Source: an uncultured Alphaproteobacteria bacterium (GTDB lineage: Bacteria; Pseudomonadota; Alphaproteobacteria; CAAHEQ01; UBA3637). Taken from it: a stretch of DNA of 64,000 nucleotides. The stretch covers positions 25,701-89,700 of the forward strand of contig CALXXA010000025.1 of NCBI GenBank assembly GCA_944392585.1, in the 5' to 3' direction. Below the pieces are notes generated by a model. That model saw nothing but the letters and a program-made list of their open reading frames with translations. It was not told the DNA's origin and did not search any database. Shown in pieces: positions 26,750-37,562 of the stretch. Both the position numbers and the translations under genes were made by a program. How positions within the stretch are numbered: the stretch's first letter is position 1; each line of letters starts with the position of its first letter.

Positions 26750-27906
26750 TTTTTATTAACTAACTCTTGTATACAAAATCCGGCTTTTTCACTTGGTAAC
26801 AAACTCCCGTTTTTCCCTAACTTTGACAAAACGCGTTGAGCTTTTTCCATTTGTGATTTTCCAGACACGTTTATTAATTCTTCTAATTTACACACAATTT
26901 GATTAGGATTGCAACGCTCTTGTAATAGTTCCGGAATAATTTCTTCATTTGCTAGGATATTTATTAGATTAACATATTTAATTTTAAGCAATCGTCGGAC
27001 CAACCATGCCGACAAAGGAGTAACATGATAGGTGATAACATGAGGCACTCCGGCCATGGATAATTCCAAACTAACAGTTCCTGACGCTGCTAAAGCGATA
27101 TAACTTGCCGCGAAAGCATCGTAACGTTCTTTTTCTCCGAGACTAACGATAACTTTCACAGGCCAATCTGCGGTCATTTCACGCACTTTTTTCGCCACCG
27201 TTTGAACAGTTGGGATAACAACAACTAATCGAGGATGCTTATTTTTCATGACCGCGACGACTTGTTCAAAAATAGGAAGTAACCATTGAACTTCATTTTT
27301 TCTGCTTCCTGGTAAAACCGTCATAACAAAATCTTCTTGAGAAAGATTGTATTTTTCATAAAATAAAAATTTATTGCCTTTGTCAGCACCTCCTTCAATA
27401 ACCGGATGTCCGACATATGTTGATGACATATCATAAGGGTCAAAATATTTCTTTTCAAACGGGAACAACATCATCAAATGATCCACCCATTTTTTAATTT
27501 CCTTAGCTCTTTTGGCTTTCCACGCCCAAACTTGAGGAGCAACATAATGAACATGAGGAATAGAAATACGTCTTTTTTTTAATTTTTGGTGAATTTTTAT
27601 GGAAAAAGACCAACTATCTATTGTCACAACGATATCCGGTTGAATTTTTTCAATATGTTTTAAAGTTTGTTTCATACGTTTTAAGATACGCGGAATACTA
27701 GGGACAACTTCCCAAAAGCCCATAACCGATAAATCTGAAATATCAAATAAGCTTTTTAATCCTTCTGCCTGCATTGTTTCTCCGCCAATGCCATAAAACT
27801 CAACATTATTCTGAGTTTGTCTTTTAAGAGCCTTCATTAATCGAGATCCAAGCAAATCACCCGACGGTTCACCGGCTATTAAATAAACTTTTAAAAATTT
27901 TGACAT
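26746..27906 (-). CDS. lpxB: Lipid-A-disaccharide synthase LpxB.
   Basis: 386 aa with the IAGEPSGDLLG N-terminal motif. Sits in the lpx operon. Confidence 0.9.
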   Translation of the reverse strand: MSKFLKVYLIAGEPSGDLLGSRLMKALKRQTQNNVEFYGIGGETMQAEGLKSLFDISDLSVMGFWEVVPSIPRILKRMKQTLKHIEKIQPDIVVTIDSWSFSIKIHQKLKKRRISIPHVHYVAPQVWAWKAKRAKEIKKWVDHLMMLFPFEKKYFDPYDMSSTYVGHPVIEGGADKGNKFLFYEKYNLSQEDFVMTVLPGSRKNEVQWLLPIFEQVVAVMKNKHPRLVVVIPTVQTVAKKVREMTADWPVKVIVSLGEKERYDAFAASYIALAASGTVSLELSMAGVPHVITYHVTPLSAWLVRRLLKIKYVNLINILANEEIIPELLQERCNPNQIVCKLEELINVSGKSQMEKAQRVLSKLGKNGSLLPSEKAGFCIQELVNKK

Positions 27907-28721
27907 GTTTCATCTATTCCTATTAAAAACAACCCTTCTTTATTTGCTCTTTGAACGACTTCTTTTTCATGGACAATAAATGCACTGTCTTTTTCGACGG
28001 CAATTCCTGCCAGACCAGCCTCTTTAGCAAGTTTTACAGTTTGAATCCCGATTGTGGGTAAATCGGCACGACGTTCTTGACGAGGTTTTTTTACCTTGAC
28101 TAAAACCCCTTTAACAGAACTTTGATGTAATGTTTTACATCTTTTTATAAGAGCGTCTGTCCCTTCTATCGCCTCGACACCTAAGACCAATCCGTCTGCA
28201 ATAATAACCGATTGCCCGACATCTGCCTGCCCTAGGATCTTAGCAACTTTATATCCTTTAGAGATATCTTCATAATTTTGTTTTGTTGGTTTAATTTTGC
28301 CATACACACCTGCATGAGACAAACAGTTTTTTAGGATTTCATCTGCTCCGATGACATGGAAGCCATCTTTTTCAATTTCATGAATAATCGCTTTTAACAG
28401 ACCATCATCTCCCAAAGATTTAACACCGGCTTTGGCAAAAAATTTTAATCCTCTCCAATCTGGTCTTAACTCTTGTAGTGTCGGGCGACGAACAGCTCCG
28501 ATCATCAGAATATCCTCAACAGCATTTGCATGAGCCAGTTCAAAAGATTTTCCAACGGCTCCTAACCGAACCCACGCTGCCTCAGGAGGCATGGAAGAAG
28601 AATCCGCATGTCCTTTTAAAGCTATAACGAAATAAGGTCTTCCTTGCTGTTGGCAAGCCTCTATAACCAATTTAGGTAATTCACCCGCTCCGGCAACAAT
28701 TCCTAATTTTTTCATAATCAC
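27891..28721 (-). CDS. lpxI: UDP-2,3-diacylglucosamine hydrolase LpxI (DUF1009).
   Basis: 276 aa with LGIVAGAGELP start. Lies between lpxA and lpxB as in alphaproteobacteria. Confidence 0.8.
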   Translation of the reverse strand: MIMKKLGIVAGAGELPKLVIEACQQQGRPYFVIALKGHADSSSMPPEAAWVRLGAVGKSFELAHANAVEDILMIGAVRRPTLQELRPDWRGLKFFAKAGVKSLGDDGLLKAIIHEIEKDGFHVIGADEILKNCLSHAGVYGKIKPTKQNYEDISKGYKVAKILGQADVGQSVIIADGLVLGVEAIEGTDALIKRCKTLHQSSVKGVLVKVKKPRQERRADLPTIGIQTVKLAKEAGLAGIAVEKDSAFIVHEKEVVQRANKEGLFLIGIDETCQNF

Positions 28722-29521
28722 CCGATTTGTGGTTGCAAAATGTTATTTTTAGAAGGATTTTGAACAAACTTAATAACATCTTGAACTAAAGGGTTGGCTT
28801 GATATTCCTCTGAAGAAGCGATGCGTTGAATACGTTCTTTAAAATTCCCTTCACTACTAAAGAATAAATCTTGATAAGCCTTTTGCAATCCCATAATCAA
28901 AGAAGCTTGTATATTTGCTCGTCGCAGCCCGACCAAGTTCAATCCGCTCAAACCGGAACGAGGCCCCCCCATCACAATCCCATATGGGATAACGTCTTGA
29001 ACAATGCCACACATACCTCCTATCATAGCGCCTTTCCCAATATGCGTAAATTGTAAAACAGCCGATAATCCTCCTATAATTACTCTGTCTTCAACTCTCA
29101 CATGACCTGCCAATGTCGCATTATTACTCATAACAATATCATTTCCTAAAATACAATCATGCGCAATATGACTTGCGACTAAAAATAAATTTCTATCTCC
29201 TATAATTGTAATTTTATTATCGACATCAGAGCCAACATGAGCTGTAACATGTTCTCGAAAAATATTATCATTCCCAATAATCAACTTTGCATCGGGAGCG
29301 TGACTTCTTTTATGTTGAGCCAACGTTCCGATAGCGGAAAAAGGATAGAAGGTATTCCGTTCTCCTATTTGCGTGTACCCATCAATCACAACGTGGGAAA
29401 TAAGACGGCACCCGCCTGCCAATTCGACATGAGGTCCGACTGTACAAAAAGGACCGATAAAAACATCATCGGCTATGTTCGCTTGAGCATCAACAATAGC
29501 GGTTGGATGAATATTTGTCAT
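28718..29521 (-). CDS. lpxA: UDP-N-acetylglucosamine acyltransferase LpxA.
   Basis: 267 aa with left-handed beta-helix hexapeptide repeats and IHPTAIVD start. Confidence 0.9.
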   Translation of the reverse strand: MTNIHPTAIVDAQANIADDVFIGPFCTVGPHVELAGGCRLISHVVIDGYTQIGERNTFYPFSAIGTLAQHKRSHAPDAKLIIGNDNIFREHVTAHVGSDVDNKITIIGDRNLFLVASHIAHDCILGNDIVMSNNATLAGHVRVEDRVIIGGLSAVLQFTHIGKGAMIGGMCGIVQDVIPYGIVMGGPRSGLSGLNLVGLRRANIQASLIMGLQKAYQDLFFSSEGNFKERIQRIASSEEYQANPLVQDVIKFVQNPSKNNILQPQIG

Positions 29522-29538
29522 AAGAAGTCTCCTTTAAT

Positions 29539-30015
29539 TTATCTAGGCATAATCATAGCACTAAATACTGCTTCTGAAACGATCTGATCATCCACGTATC
29601 CTTTACCGGAAAACTTATACACATTACGAACGGCTCTTTCTTTTTGGACATGGAATTTCAGACAATCTCCAGGAGTAACAGGTTTTCTAAATTTCACAGC
29701 ATCTATGGTCATAAACAAGACCCCGCATTGACCACGATCCTCTTTGGGTAGTTCAGTTAATACAATGACACCTGCTGTTTGAGCCATTGCTTCTATTTGT
29801 AAAACTCCTGGCATAACAGGGTTATTAGGGAAATGGCCTTGGAAAAAAGGCTCATTCATTGTAACATTCTTAATCCCTATTCCGGAAACTCCCGGAATAA
29901 CGTTCTGTATTTTATCTATCAGTAGAAACGGATACCGATGAGGGATCATTTCCATAATTTCTTTTATACTGATTTCTTTTATTATTTCTTTTTGGTTTTC
30001 TTGAAATTCTGTCAT
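29539..30015 (-). CDS. fabZ: 3-hydroxyacyl-ACP dehydratase FabZ.
   Basis: 158 aa with hotdog-fold motifs (HFP..PVMPGVL). Confidence 0.9.
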   Translation of the reverse strand: MTEFQENQKEIIKEISIKEIMEMIPHRYPFLLIDKIQNVIPGVSGIGIKNVTMNEPFFQGHFPNNPVMPGVLQIEAMAQTAGVIVLTELPKEDRGQCGVLFMTIDAVKFRKPVTPGDCLKFHVQKERAVRNVYKFSGKGYVDDQIVSEAVFSAMIMPR

Positions 30016-30017
30016 TT

Positions 30018-31049
30018 TTAACTTTCCTTTTTTACTTTACTGTTCTTTACAAATTTCTGCAACAAGACATTCATTCTCATCCAATCTGCGTGTGGGACAG
30101 CTGGGCTTCCGGCAACAATTTGTCCTGGTTCAATATTTTTCATAACTCCGGATTGAGCACCGATTTTCGCTCCAGTTCCTATTTTCAAATGCCCCGCGAA
30201 ACCGGATTGCCCTGCAGTAACAACGAAATCTCCAAATTCACAACTGCCGGCGATTCCTGTCTGAGACACAACGACACAACATTTTCCCAATTTAACATTA
30301 TGTGCAATTTGAACTAAATTATCAATTCTAGTTCCGTCTCCGATAACAGTATCTCCCATGGCACCTCTATCGACTGTTGTATTTGCGCCTATTTCAACAT
30401 CATTTCCGATGATAACGCGTCCTAATTGAGGAACTTTTATTGGCCCTTTGAGACTCATTGCGAAACCAAAACCATCTTGTCCGATTTGTGCTCCGGGATA
30501 TATATATACATTATGTCCGGCCAAACAATGGCTCACCGTTGCATTTGACCCGACGATACACCTATCTCCCATTTCCACTCCTTCTTGAATAACAGCATTC
30601 GCTTGAATATAACATTCACGACCAAGCTTTACATGAGCTCCTATAAAGGCCCCCGGCTCTACACGGCATCCCGTTCCTATTTGAGCCGTCTCATCTATAT
30701 ACGCTTTTGAAGAAATCTCCGCTAAAATCTTATTCGGATAAAAAGCCTGCGCAACAAGACCATAAGAACGATGCGGATCCTCCGAAATAAGAACAGCCAT
30801 TCCTTGCGGCACATATTTTATAAATTTTTCACTCGTAATACAAGCGGCTGCTTTTGATTTCATCAAACTGTCACGAACAGATGGAATAAAAGCCCACGTT
30901 ATATCTTTTTCTGTTGCCTCTTCCAATCCTGCCACATCTTCAACAATCTGTTTTGGATTAGATCCTTGAGCCAAATGACATTCTGCCAAATCAGCCAATT
31001 GTTCTAAAGTAAACGGACCGACTTTTTTAAAAAACCGTAAATCTGCCAT
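30018..31049 (-). CDS. lpxD: UDP-3-O-acylglucosamine N-acyltransferase LpxD.
   Basis: 343 aa with hexapeptide repeats. Conserved lpxD-fabZ-lpxA order. Confidence 0.9.
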   Translation of the reverse strand: MADLRFFKKVGPFTLEQLADLAECHLAQGSNPKQIVEDVAGLEEATEKDITWAFIPSVRDSLMKSKAAACITSEKFIKYVPQGMAVLISEDPHRSYGLVAQAFYPNKILAEISSKAYIDETAQIGTGCRVEPGAFIGAHVKLGRECYIQANAVIQEGVEMGDRCIVGSNATVSHCLAGHNVYIYPGAQIGQDGFGFAMSLKGPIKVPQLGRVIIGNDVEIGANTTVDRGAMGDTVIGDGTRIDNLVQIAHNVKLGKCCVVVSQTGIAGSCEFGDFVVTAGQSGFAGHLKIGTGAKIGAQSGVMKNIEPGQIVAGSPAVPHADWMRMNVLLQKFVKNSKVKKES

Positions 31050-31220
31050 GTTATCCCTCTTATAAAATCTATTTTAACTTATTTTATTCAAACATAAAAT
31101 TATATAAAATGTCTACATTTTTATTTGGATAAAACATATTTTATAGAATACGTTATATTCTTTTTTTATTTTAAAATTTTTTATAATTTAAAAAAGCCTT
31201 TATTCTTTTTAAAAATATTT

Positions 31221-33485
31221 TTAAAATCCTGTTCCAAAATTCAACCGGAAGACTTCTGTTTCATCATAATCTTCCTTAACAATCGGGAAGCCTAAATCAA
31301 TATTAATTGGTCCCATAGGCGATTGCCATAAGATTCCTGTTCCGACAGAAACACGCGGTGTATTATTATAATCGATTGTCCCGCTGACATAATGACCATC
31401 TGGTCTTCCCAACATACCGGCATCTACAAAGACTTTACCTTTAATCCCAAACTCTGACGGCAATCCTAAAGGAAACATCAACTGTGTTGAAGCCGTTAAG
31501 CGCCAGTCTCCCCCTAAAGCATCTCCCGTCGCTTTATCTCTTGCTCCGACACCCGCGACATCAAATCCGCGTAAAGAAGAACCTCCCAAATAATACCGAT
31601 TATTAATCCGAACATCCTGATTTAATCCATAAATATATCCTGCTGTCGCGGAAACAGATAAAACCCATTGATCCATTACTTCATAATATTTTGCTGCATT
31701 TGCGTTCACACGAATAAATCTTGTATCTCCGCCTATTCCCGCTAAATCTATACCTAAAGAAGTATAAAACCCTTCTGTAGGGTTAAAAATATTATCTCTT
31801 GTATCATAAGATAAGACTTGTCCTATCATAGAGACAACATTTTTCCCTTCTTGTTCCTTAATATAAATAGATGCGTTTTGATCTATATCTGTTACGTTAT
31901 CACGTTGTAAAGTGTATTTTACAGTTTGCCGCACATGTTCTGAATAATCCCATCCGGAACGTAAAGCTCCCCCGGTTGTAATCGCATTATAAGAGCTATC
32001 ATCTGTATAATCTCTGTCAATATGGAATAAATCAAACCCTGCAGAAATAGGCTTGTCCATAAAGTATGGATTAGTGAAACTTAAATCTACTTGTGTTTCA
32101 CTGTCAGATGTTGAAGCCGTAACACCGACGATTTTACCAGTCCCCAAAAAATTTCTTTCCTGCACTCCGACCTCAAACAATAAACCATCATAAGTAGACC
32201 ATCCTATTCCAACATTAAAAGATCCTGTTGACTTTTCAGAGACATCAACAGCTATATCCGTTTTATCCGGAGCATTTGCAACTGGGACAGTTTTTAAATC
32301 AACTTTGTCAAAATACCCTAAATTATCTATTCTCTGCTTAGACCGACGAATTTTATCCGTATTAAAAGGATCTCCTTCATTTAATCGAAATTCACGACGT
32401 ATTACTTTATCTAAAGTTCGGCTATTTCCAGTAATATCAATACGATTAACAAACACTCTCGCCCCTTCTTTTATTTTAAACGTCACATCAGCGATTCGTC
32501 TTTGCTCATTTTTTTTTGAGACAGGAGTTATTTCAACAAAAGCATATCCTTCCCGCCCTAATTCATCTGTTAAATTTCGAATGGTTTCTTCAATGTAATC
32601 TACGTTGTAAATTTGATTTTTCTTAAACGCTATTTGTTTTTTTAATTTTTGAATATCCACTTCAGGGAGAGTCACTTGAACATCTGCCTTTCCGAAACGA
32701 TACCTGTTTCCTTCGTTGATATCAAAAGAAATAATAAAATTTTTTGTTTTTTCATCCATTTCAGCGGAAACTTTTTTAACATTAAAGTCGATATATCCTT
32801 TTCTCAAATAAAACCGCCTTAACATTTCTTTATCATATTCCAATCTGTCCGGATCATATGTATCTGTGGAAGAAAAGAATCGAAACCATTTTTTCTCTTT
32901 AGTAATAAGCTCTTCTTTTAAGTCTGCCGAAGAAAAATGTTTATTCCCAGTAAATAAAATTTTTTCAATATAACTTTTAGGTCCTTCTTTTATTCTATAA
33001 AGTATATCAACTCTATTACGTGTTTTATTTTGAACATCTGTTTCGATTTCGGCGGAAAACAAACCCATTCTTTGATAAATTGTTTTAAGACGTTTGACAT
33101 CTTCTCGCAATTTGGCGGGAGTATAAACATCTCGTTCTTTCATATGGATTTCATTCATAAGAACATCTTCTTCGATTTTATCATTTCCACTGATAGAAAC
33201 CTGAGCCACGATAGGACGTTCTTTTAAAGAGATAACGAGAGTATTTTTATTCAAACTTAATTTGACGTCAGAAAAGAAACCTGTTTTATAGAGTTCTTTT
33301 AAAGACTGATCCAAAGTTGCCTGAGAAACTTCGTCTCCTTTATCAAAAGGCAGAAAAGATAAAACAGTTGAAGGTTCCATTCGTTGAACACCTTTAACTT
33401 CAATGGCCTCCACCAAAGTATTTGCCTGAGCAACGGAAGCAAATAAAAATATCCCGATCCAAAGATATCTTATTTTTTTTATCAT
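31221..33485 (-). CDS. bamA: Outer membrane protein assembly factor BamA.
   Basis: 754 aa with signal peptide, POTRA repeats and a C-terminal beta-barrel ending in F. Confidence 0.9.
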   Translation of the reverse strand: MIKKIRYLWIGIFLFASVAQANTLVEAIEVKGVQRMEPSTVLSFLPFDKGDEVSQATLDQSLKELYKTGFFSDVKLSLNKNTLVISLKERPIVAQVSISGNDKIEEDVLMNEIHMKERDVYTPAKLREDVKRLKTIYQRMGLFSAEIETDVQNKTRNRVDILYRIKEGPKSYIEKILFTGNKHFSSADLKEELITKEKKWFRFFSSTDTYDPDRLEYDKEMLRRFYLRKGYIDFNVKKVSAEMDEKTKNFIISFDINEGNRYRFGKADVQVTLPEVDIQKLKKQIAFKKNQIYNVDYIEETIRNLTDELGREGYAFVEITPVSKKNEQRRIADVTFKIKEGARVFVNRIDITGNSRTLDKVIRREFRLNEGDPFNTDKIRRSKQRIDNLGYFDKVDLKTVPVANAPDKTDIAVDVSEKSTGSFNVGIGWSTYDGLLFEVGVQERNFLGTGKIVGVTASTSDSETQVDLSFTNPYFMDKPISAGFDLFHIDRDYTDDSSYNAITTGGALRSGWDYSEHVRQTVKYTLQRDNVTDIDQNASIYIKEQEGKNVVSMIGQVLSYDTRDNIFNPTEGFYTSLGIDLAGIGGDTRFIRVNANAAKYYEVMDQWVLSVSATAGYIYGLNQDVRINNRYYLGGSSLRGFDVAGVGARDKATGDALGGDWRLTASTQLMFPLGLPSEFGIKGKVFVDAGMLGRPDGHYVSGTIDYNNTPRVSVGTGILWQSPMGPINIDLGFPIVKEDYDETEVFRLNFGTGF

Positions 33486-34591
33486 AGATGAAAAATCCTT
33501 CCAAAGACACGCGGGATATCTTTAAACAATGTAAAGATAAAGACGGCAAAAATCAGCATTACCCCTGCACGAAAGAGAACCATTTGCATTTTTTCACTTA
33601 TAGGTTGGCGAGTAACAGCTTCCACAGCGTACATAGCCAAATGACCTCCATCCAACATAGGAATTGGTAACAAATTAATGAATCCGATAGCGATTGAAAC
33701 TTGAACAATAAACATTATAAATTCCCAAAAACCTGCTTTAGCAGCATCTCCGGAAGCTTCTGCGATACCGATAGGCCCTCTTAAATCATCTGCGGTACGT
33801 TTCCCTGTCAAAATCTGCCCTAAATAAACAAGAGTATCGAAAGTTATGTCATAAGCCATTTTTGTAGCTTCAATCATGGCATCGGGAATAGAGTATTTTT
33901 TAAAAGTTGGCTCAGCCTCCAACGGAGCGACGACTCCTATTTGAGGCATTTTCCCTTTCTTCTCGGATTGAGGATAAATAGTGACGTCAAAAGTATCCGT
34001 CCCGCGGAGAACAGTCAAGATAACTTCTTCTCCATCATCAGTGAAGACAATAGCCCTTTTTAAATCTGAAAATTCCTCTACTTTTTTTTCATTAACGGAA
34101 AGAATAACATCTCCTTTTTGAAGGCCTGCTTTTTGAGCCGCCGATTGAGGTAAAACCTCTCCCACGACAGGAGGAATGCGAATATACCCGACGGTCGTCA
34201 AAATAACGACTAAAGTAACGATGGCAAAAAAATAATTCATAAAAGGACCCGCGAAAATAATTCCTACTTTTTTCCACAAAGGTTGTGCCATAAATGTGTG
34301 TTTTTGTTCTTCTTTAGTCAGACCGGCATCGGATTTTTTCATACTTGCAGCATCTTCGTCCCCAAGCATTTGAACATAGCCTCCCAAAGGAATTGCACAT
34401 ACTTGCCACTTTGTTCCTTTTTTATCGATACGGCTCCACAATTTTTTCCCAAATCCTATTGAGAAAACGACAATTTGAACGCCACATCTACGAGCGATAA
34501 AAAAATGTCCCCACTCATGAACGATAACAATAATTGATAAAACAAACAAAAAGGATATTAAATATCCTCCGAAAGAAATAACATCCATCAT
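33482..34591 (-). CDS. rseP: RIP zinc metalloprotease RseP.
   Basis: 369 aa with HEWGHFFIARRCGV (HExxH), a PDZ region and LDGG motif. Confidence 0.9.
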   Translation of the reverse strand: MMDVISFGGYLISFLFVLSIIVIVHEWGHFFIARRCGVQIVVFSIGFGKKLWSRIDKKGTKWQVCAIPLGGYVQMLGDEDAASMKKSDAGLTKEEQKHTFMAQPLWKKVGIIFAGPFMNYFFAIVTLVVILTTVGYIRIPPVVGEVLPQSAAQKAGLQKGDVILSVNEKKVEEFSDLKRAIVFTDDGEEVILTVLRGTDTFDVTIYPQSEKKGKMPQIGVVAPLEAEPTFKKYSIPDAMIEATKMAYDITFDTLVYLGQILTGKRTADDLRGPIGIAEASGDAAKAGFWEFIMFIVQVSIAIGFINLLPIPMLDGGHLAMYAVEAVTRQPISEKMQMVLFRAGVMLIFAVFIFTLFKDIPRVFGRIFHL

Positions 34592-35400
34592 AAAGTTAAA
34601 ATCCCTAAATTATTTAATAATAAAAACAAAGCGACAACCGGAGCAACAAATAGCAATCCGTCTACACGGTCAAAAATACCTCCATGGCCAGGGATAAGGT
34701 TGCTTGAATCCTTTATATTTAAATATCTTTTAATACTAGATTCAAAAATATCTCCTACTTGAGAAACAACGGCGAGAAGAGCACTTGTCCCGACAAAAAA
34801 GGCTATTGACATATTACTTTGATAATGCAAATTCATAAATGAAACAAACTCATATGTGACCAAACACGCCGAAACAATCCCTCCAACGAGTCCAGCCCAT
34901 GTTTTTTTGGGACTTATTTTTGGGGCTAATTTAGGACCTCCGATACTCTTACCAAAGACATATCCTCCGATATCGGTCGCCCAAACGACAAAAAGAACCC
35001 ATAAAATAATATCTGCACTATAATCAAAATTAATATACCCGATATAAACCATGCTCATTAAAGGAATGCCTATGTAAAAAGTTCCAAAAGATAACAAAAC
35101 CTTTTTACCGGAAATAAAATAAATGATTAACGCCGCCAACAACATCATTATCAAAGAAGTCGCAGGGTAATCGGCTCCCATAAAAACAATCATCACAGAG
35201 GTCACCGCCATAATTAACGCGATAATAGAAGTTTCTTTAGAAACCATTTTTTCCCATTCCCATGCCATTAAAGCTCCTATTGTAGCGACCAAGATATTAT
35301 ACGTAGGTCCTAAATCACCATCTCCGTATAAAATAGCCGCCAATACAACAGGGGCCAAAACTAAAGCAGAAATTACTCTTAAAAATAAATTACTTTTCAT
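34588..35400 (-). CDS. cdsA: Phosphatidate cytidylyltransferase CdsA.
   Basis: Multi-TM protein with the C-terminal CTP-transferase signature (SxxKRxxxxKDxxxxIPGHGGxxDRxD). Start trimmed to MKSNLFLRV. Confidence 0.85.
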   Translation of the reverse strand: MKSNLFLRVISALVLAPVVLAAILYGDGDLGPTYNILVATIGALMAWEWEKMVSKETSIIALIMAVTSVMIVFMGADYPATSLIMMLLAALIIYFISGKKVLLSFGTFYIGIPLMSMVYIGYINFDYSADIILWVLFVVWATDIGGYVFGKSIGGPKLAPKISPKKTWAGLVGGIVSACLVTYEFVSFMNLHYQSNMSIAFFVGTSALLAVVSQVGDIFESSIKRYLNIKDSSNLIPGHGGIFDRVDGLLFVAPVVALFLLLNNLGILTL

Positions 35401-35526
35401 CTTATCTCCATTAATGCATCTGTTCTTCAGAAGTATAAATGTCCCGGTTTCTTTTGTCAAAACATTCTTTGACACAAAACGCTTTTACATACAAAGAGAA
35501 ACGAAAAAGGAGCTTCTTGCTCCTTT

Positions 35527-36231
35527 TTACTTTATTCCGCCAAATCTTCTGTCTCTGGATTTATACGCCTCAATAGCTTTATCCAGCTCTTCTTCCGTAA
35601 AATCCGGCCAATAAACAGAAGAAAAATACATCTCGGAATACGCTAACTGCCACAACAAGAAATTACTAATTCTTTGTTCTCCGCTTGTTCTAATCATTAA
35701 ATCTGGATTCGGAATCCCAATTGTGTCTAACTCTTTTTCGATTGTTTTTTCAGAAATATCCGATGGGCTTAACAAACCTTTTTTTACTTGCAGTGCCACT
35801 TTCGTTACAGCGCGAGTTAATTCATCTCTTCCACTATAACTCAAAGCCAAGACTAAATGATACTTATCACAAGAACACGTTTCATATTCAAGCTTATTCA
35901 TTTCCTTTTGAATATCTTTTGGAAATTTTGAACGATCTCCTATAAAATGGATTCGAACAGAGTTTTTTTGTAATTGAGTTAAATCTTCTTTTAAATATTG
36001 TCGGAACAGATTCAGTAAAGTACTGACTTCTTCTGGCGGTCGTTTCCAATTTTCTGTAGAAAAAGCATACAAAGTAACATATTTAATATTTCTTTTTTGG
36101 ATAGCCTCCAAGATTTGCGTAACGGTTTTAGCCCCTTGCCTATGCCCTTCTGTTCTAGGCAAGCCTCTTGCTTTTGCCCATCGGCCATTTCCATCCATAA
36201 TAATAGCAATATGTTGCAAAGACGCAGTCAT
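35527..36231 (-). CDS. uppS: Undecaprenyl diphosphate synthase (isoprenyl transferase).
   Basis: 234 aa with HIAIIMDGNGRWA motif. Confidence 0.9.
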   Translation of the reverse strand: MTASLQHIAIIMDGNGRWAKARGLPRTEGHRQGAKTVTQILEAIQKRNIKYVTLYAFSTENWKRPPEEVSTLLNLFRQYLKEDLTQLQKNSVRIHFIGDRSKFPKDIQKEMNKLEYETCSCDKYHLVLALSYSGRDELTRAVTKVALQVKKGLLSPSDISEKTIEKELDTIGIPNPDLMIRTSGEQRISNFLLWQLAYSEMYFSSVYWPDFTEEELDKAIEAYKSRDRRFGGIK

Positions 36232-36232
36232 C

Positions 36233-36793
36233 TTAAACCTGTTTAATTTCTGTTTCCTTTGATTTTAACAAGGCGTCAACATCATTAATTGTAGTATCCG
36301 TTATTTTTTGGATTTCATCTTCAAACCGTTTTTGTTCATCTTCAGAAATATCCCCTTCGCTTTTCATTTTTTTAATTTTATCTAAAATATCTCTGCGAAT
36401 GTTTCGCACAGCGATTCGAGTTTCTTCTGCATATTTCCCAGCGACTTTAACGAGCTCCAAACGTCTTTCCTCTGATAGAGGCGGTAAAGGAATACGGATT
36501 TGGACTCCGTCATTCATAGGATTTAAGCCGAGATTTGCTTCCATAATTCCTTTTTCCACATGTTTCAACAAATTTTTATCCCAAACAGAAACAGAAAGCA
36601 TTCTCGCTTCCGGAACGCTAACTGTCCCGACTTGATTAAGAGGGACCATTGCACCGTAAGCATTTACCATAACGCTATCTAACAATCCTGTAGAAGCTCT
36701 TCCGGTTCGTAATCCAGCGAACTCTTTTTTCAAAGAATCCACTGATTTTTTTACTCTTTCTTGCATATCGTGTTTTAATTCATCAAACTTCAT
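36233..36793 (-). CDS. frr: Ribosome recycling factor.
   Basis: 186 aa with typical Frr sequence. Confidence 0.9.
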   Translation of the reverse strand: MKFDELKHDMQERVKKSVDSLKKEFAGLRTGRASTGLLDSVMVNAYGAMVPLNQVGTVSVPEARMLSVSVWDKNLLKHVEKGIMEANLGLNPMNDGVQIRIPLPPLSEERRLELVKVAGKYAEETRIAVRNIRRDILDKIKKMKSEGDISEDEQKRFEDEIQKITDTTINDVDALLKSKETEIKQV

Positions 36794-36806
36794 CAGTTCC
36801 TCTCTT

Positions 36807-37532
36807 TTAAGATTTTCTGTTACTCATAATAGTATATACCCCTTTACCAAAGATAGCATCTTTAAAAGCGCCCGGACGACCTTGATTAAACACGATAACC
36901 GGCAGTTCAACCTGAGCCGCCATAGATACAGCGGTTATATCCATTACTTTTAGTTTTTTATTCAAGACCTCATCATATGAAACGGTATCATATCGTTGAG
37001 CATTTTTATTACTTTTCGGATCTGTATCATAGATGCCATCAACTTGAGTTGATTTTAAACAAACATCACATTCCATCTCCGTTGCTCTTAAAATAGCGCA
37101 GGTATCCGTTGTAAAATAAGGATTTCCTGTTCCGGCAGCGAAAATAACAATCCGATTTTCACTTAAATGATGAAGAGCCTTACGCCGAATATACGGTTCT
37201 GCCACAGCATCAATAGGCAAAGCAGATTGGATACGTGTATCGACTCCGTTTTTTTCCAACGCTTCTTGCAAAGCCATAGCATTCATGACGGTTGCTAACA
37301 TTCCGATATAATCTGCCGTAGCTCTATTCATTCCGTTAGAAGCCCCGGCAACACCCCGAAAGATATTTCCGCCTCCCACAACCAAACAAAGTTGAACCCC
37401 ACAATCATGTACTGCTTTAATTTCCAACGCCAATCGGTTTAAAACAGAAGGATCTATAGCGTTTTTTTCACCCATCAACCCTTCTCCTGAAATTTTCAAC
37501 AAGGCACGATGATAATAGGGTTCTTCTGTCAT
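36807..37532 (-). CDS. pyrH: UMP kinase.
   Basis: 241 aa with LLKISGE..G and VVGGGNIFRG motifs. Confidence 0.9.
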   Translation of the reverse strand: MTEEPYYHRALLKISGEGLMGEKNAIDPSVLNRLALEIKAVHDCGVQLCLVVGGGNIFRGVAGASNGMNRATADYIGMLATVMNAMALQEALEKNGVDTRIQSALPIDAVAEPYIRRKALHHLSENRIVIFAAGTGNPYFTTDTCAILRATEMECDVCLKSTQVDGIYDTDPKSNKNAQRYDTVSYDEVLNKKLKVMDITAVSMAAQVELPVIVFNQGRPGAFKDAIFGKGVYTIMSNRKS

Positions 37533-37562
37533 TATGGTTCTCCTTTTTAATGTGAAAGAAGA

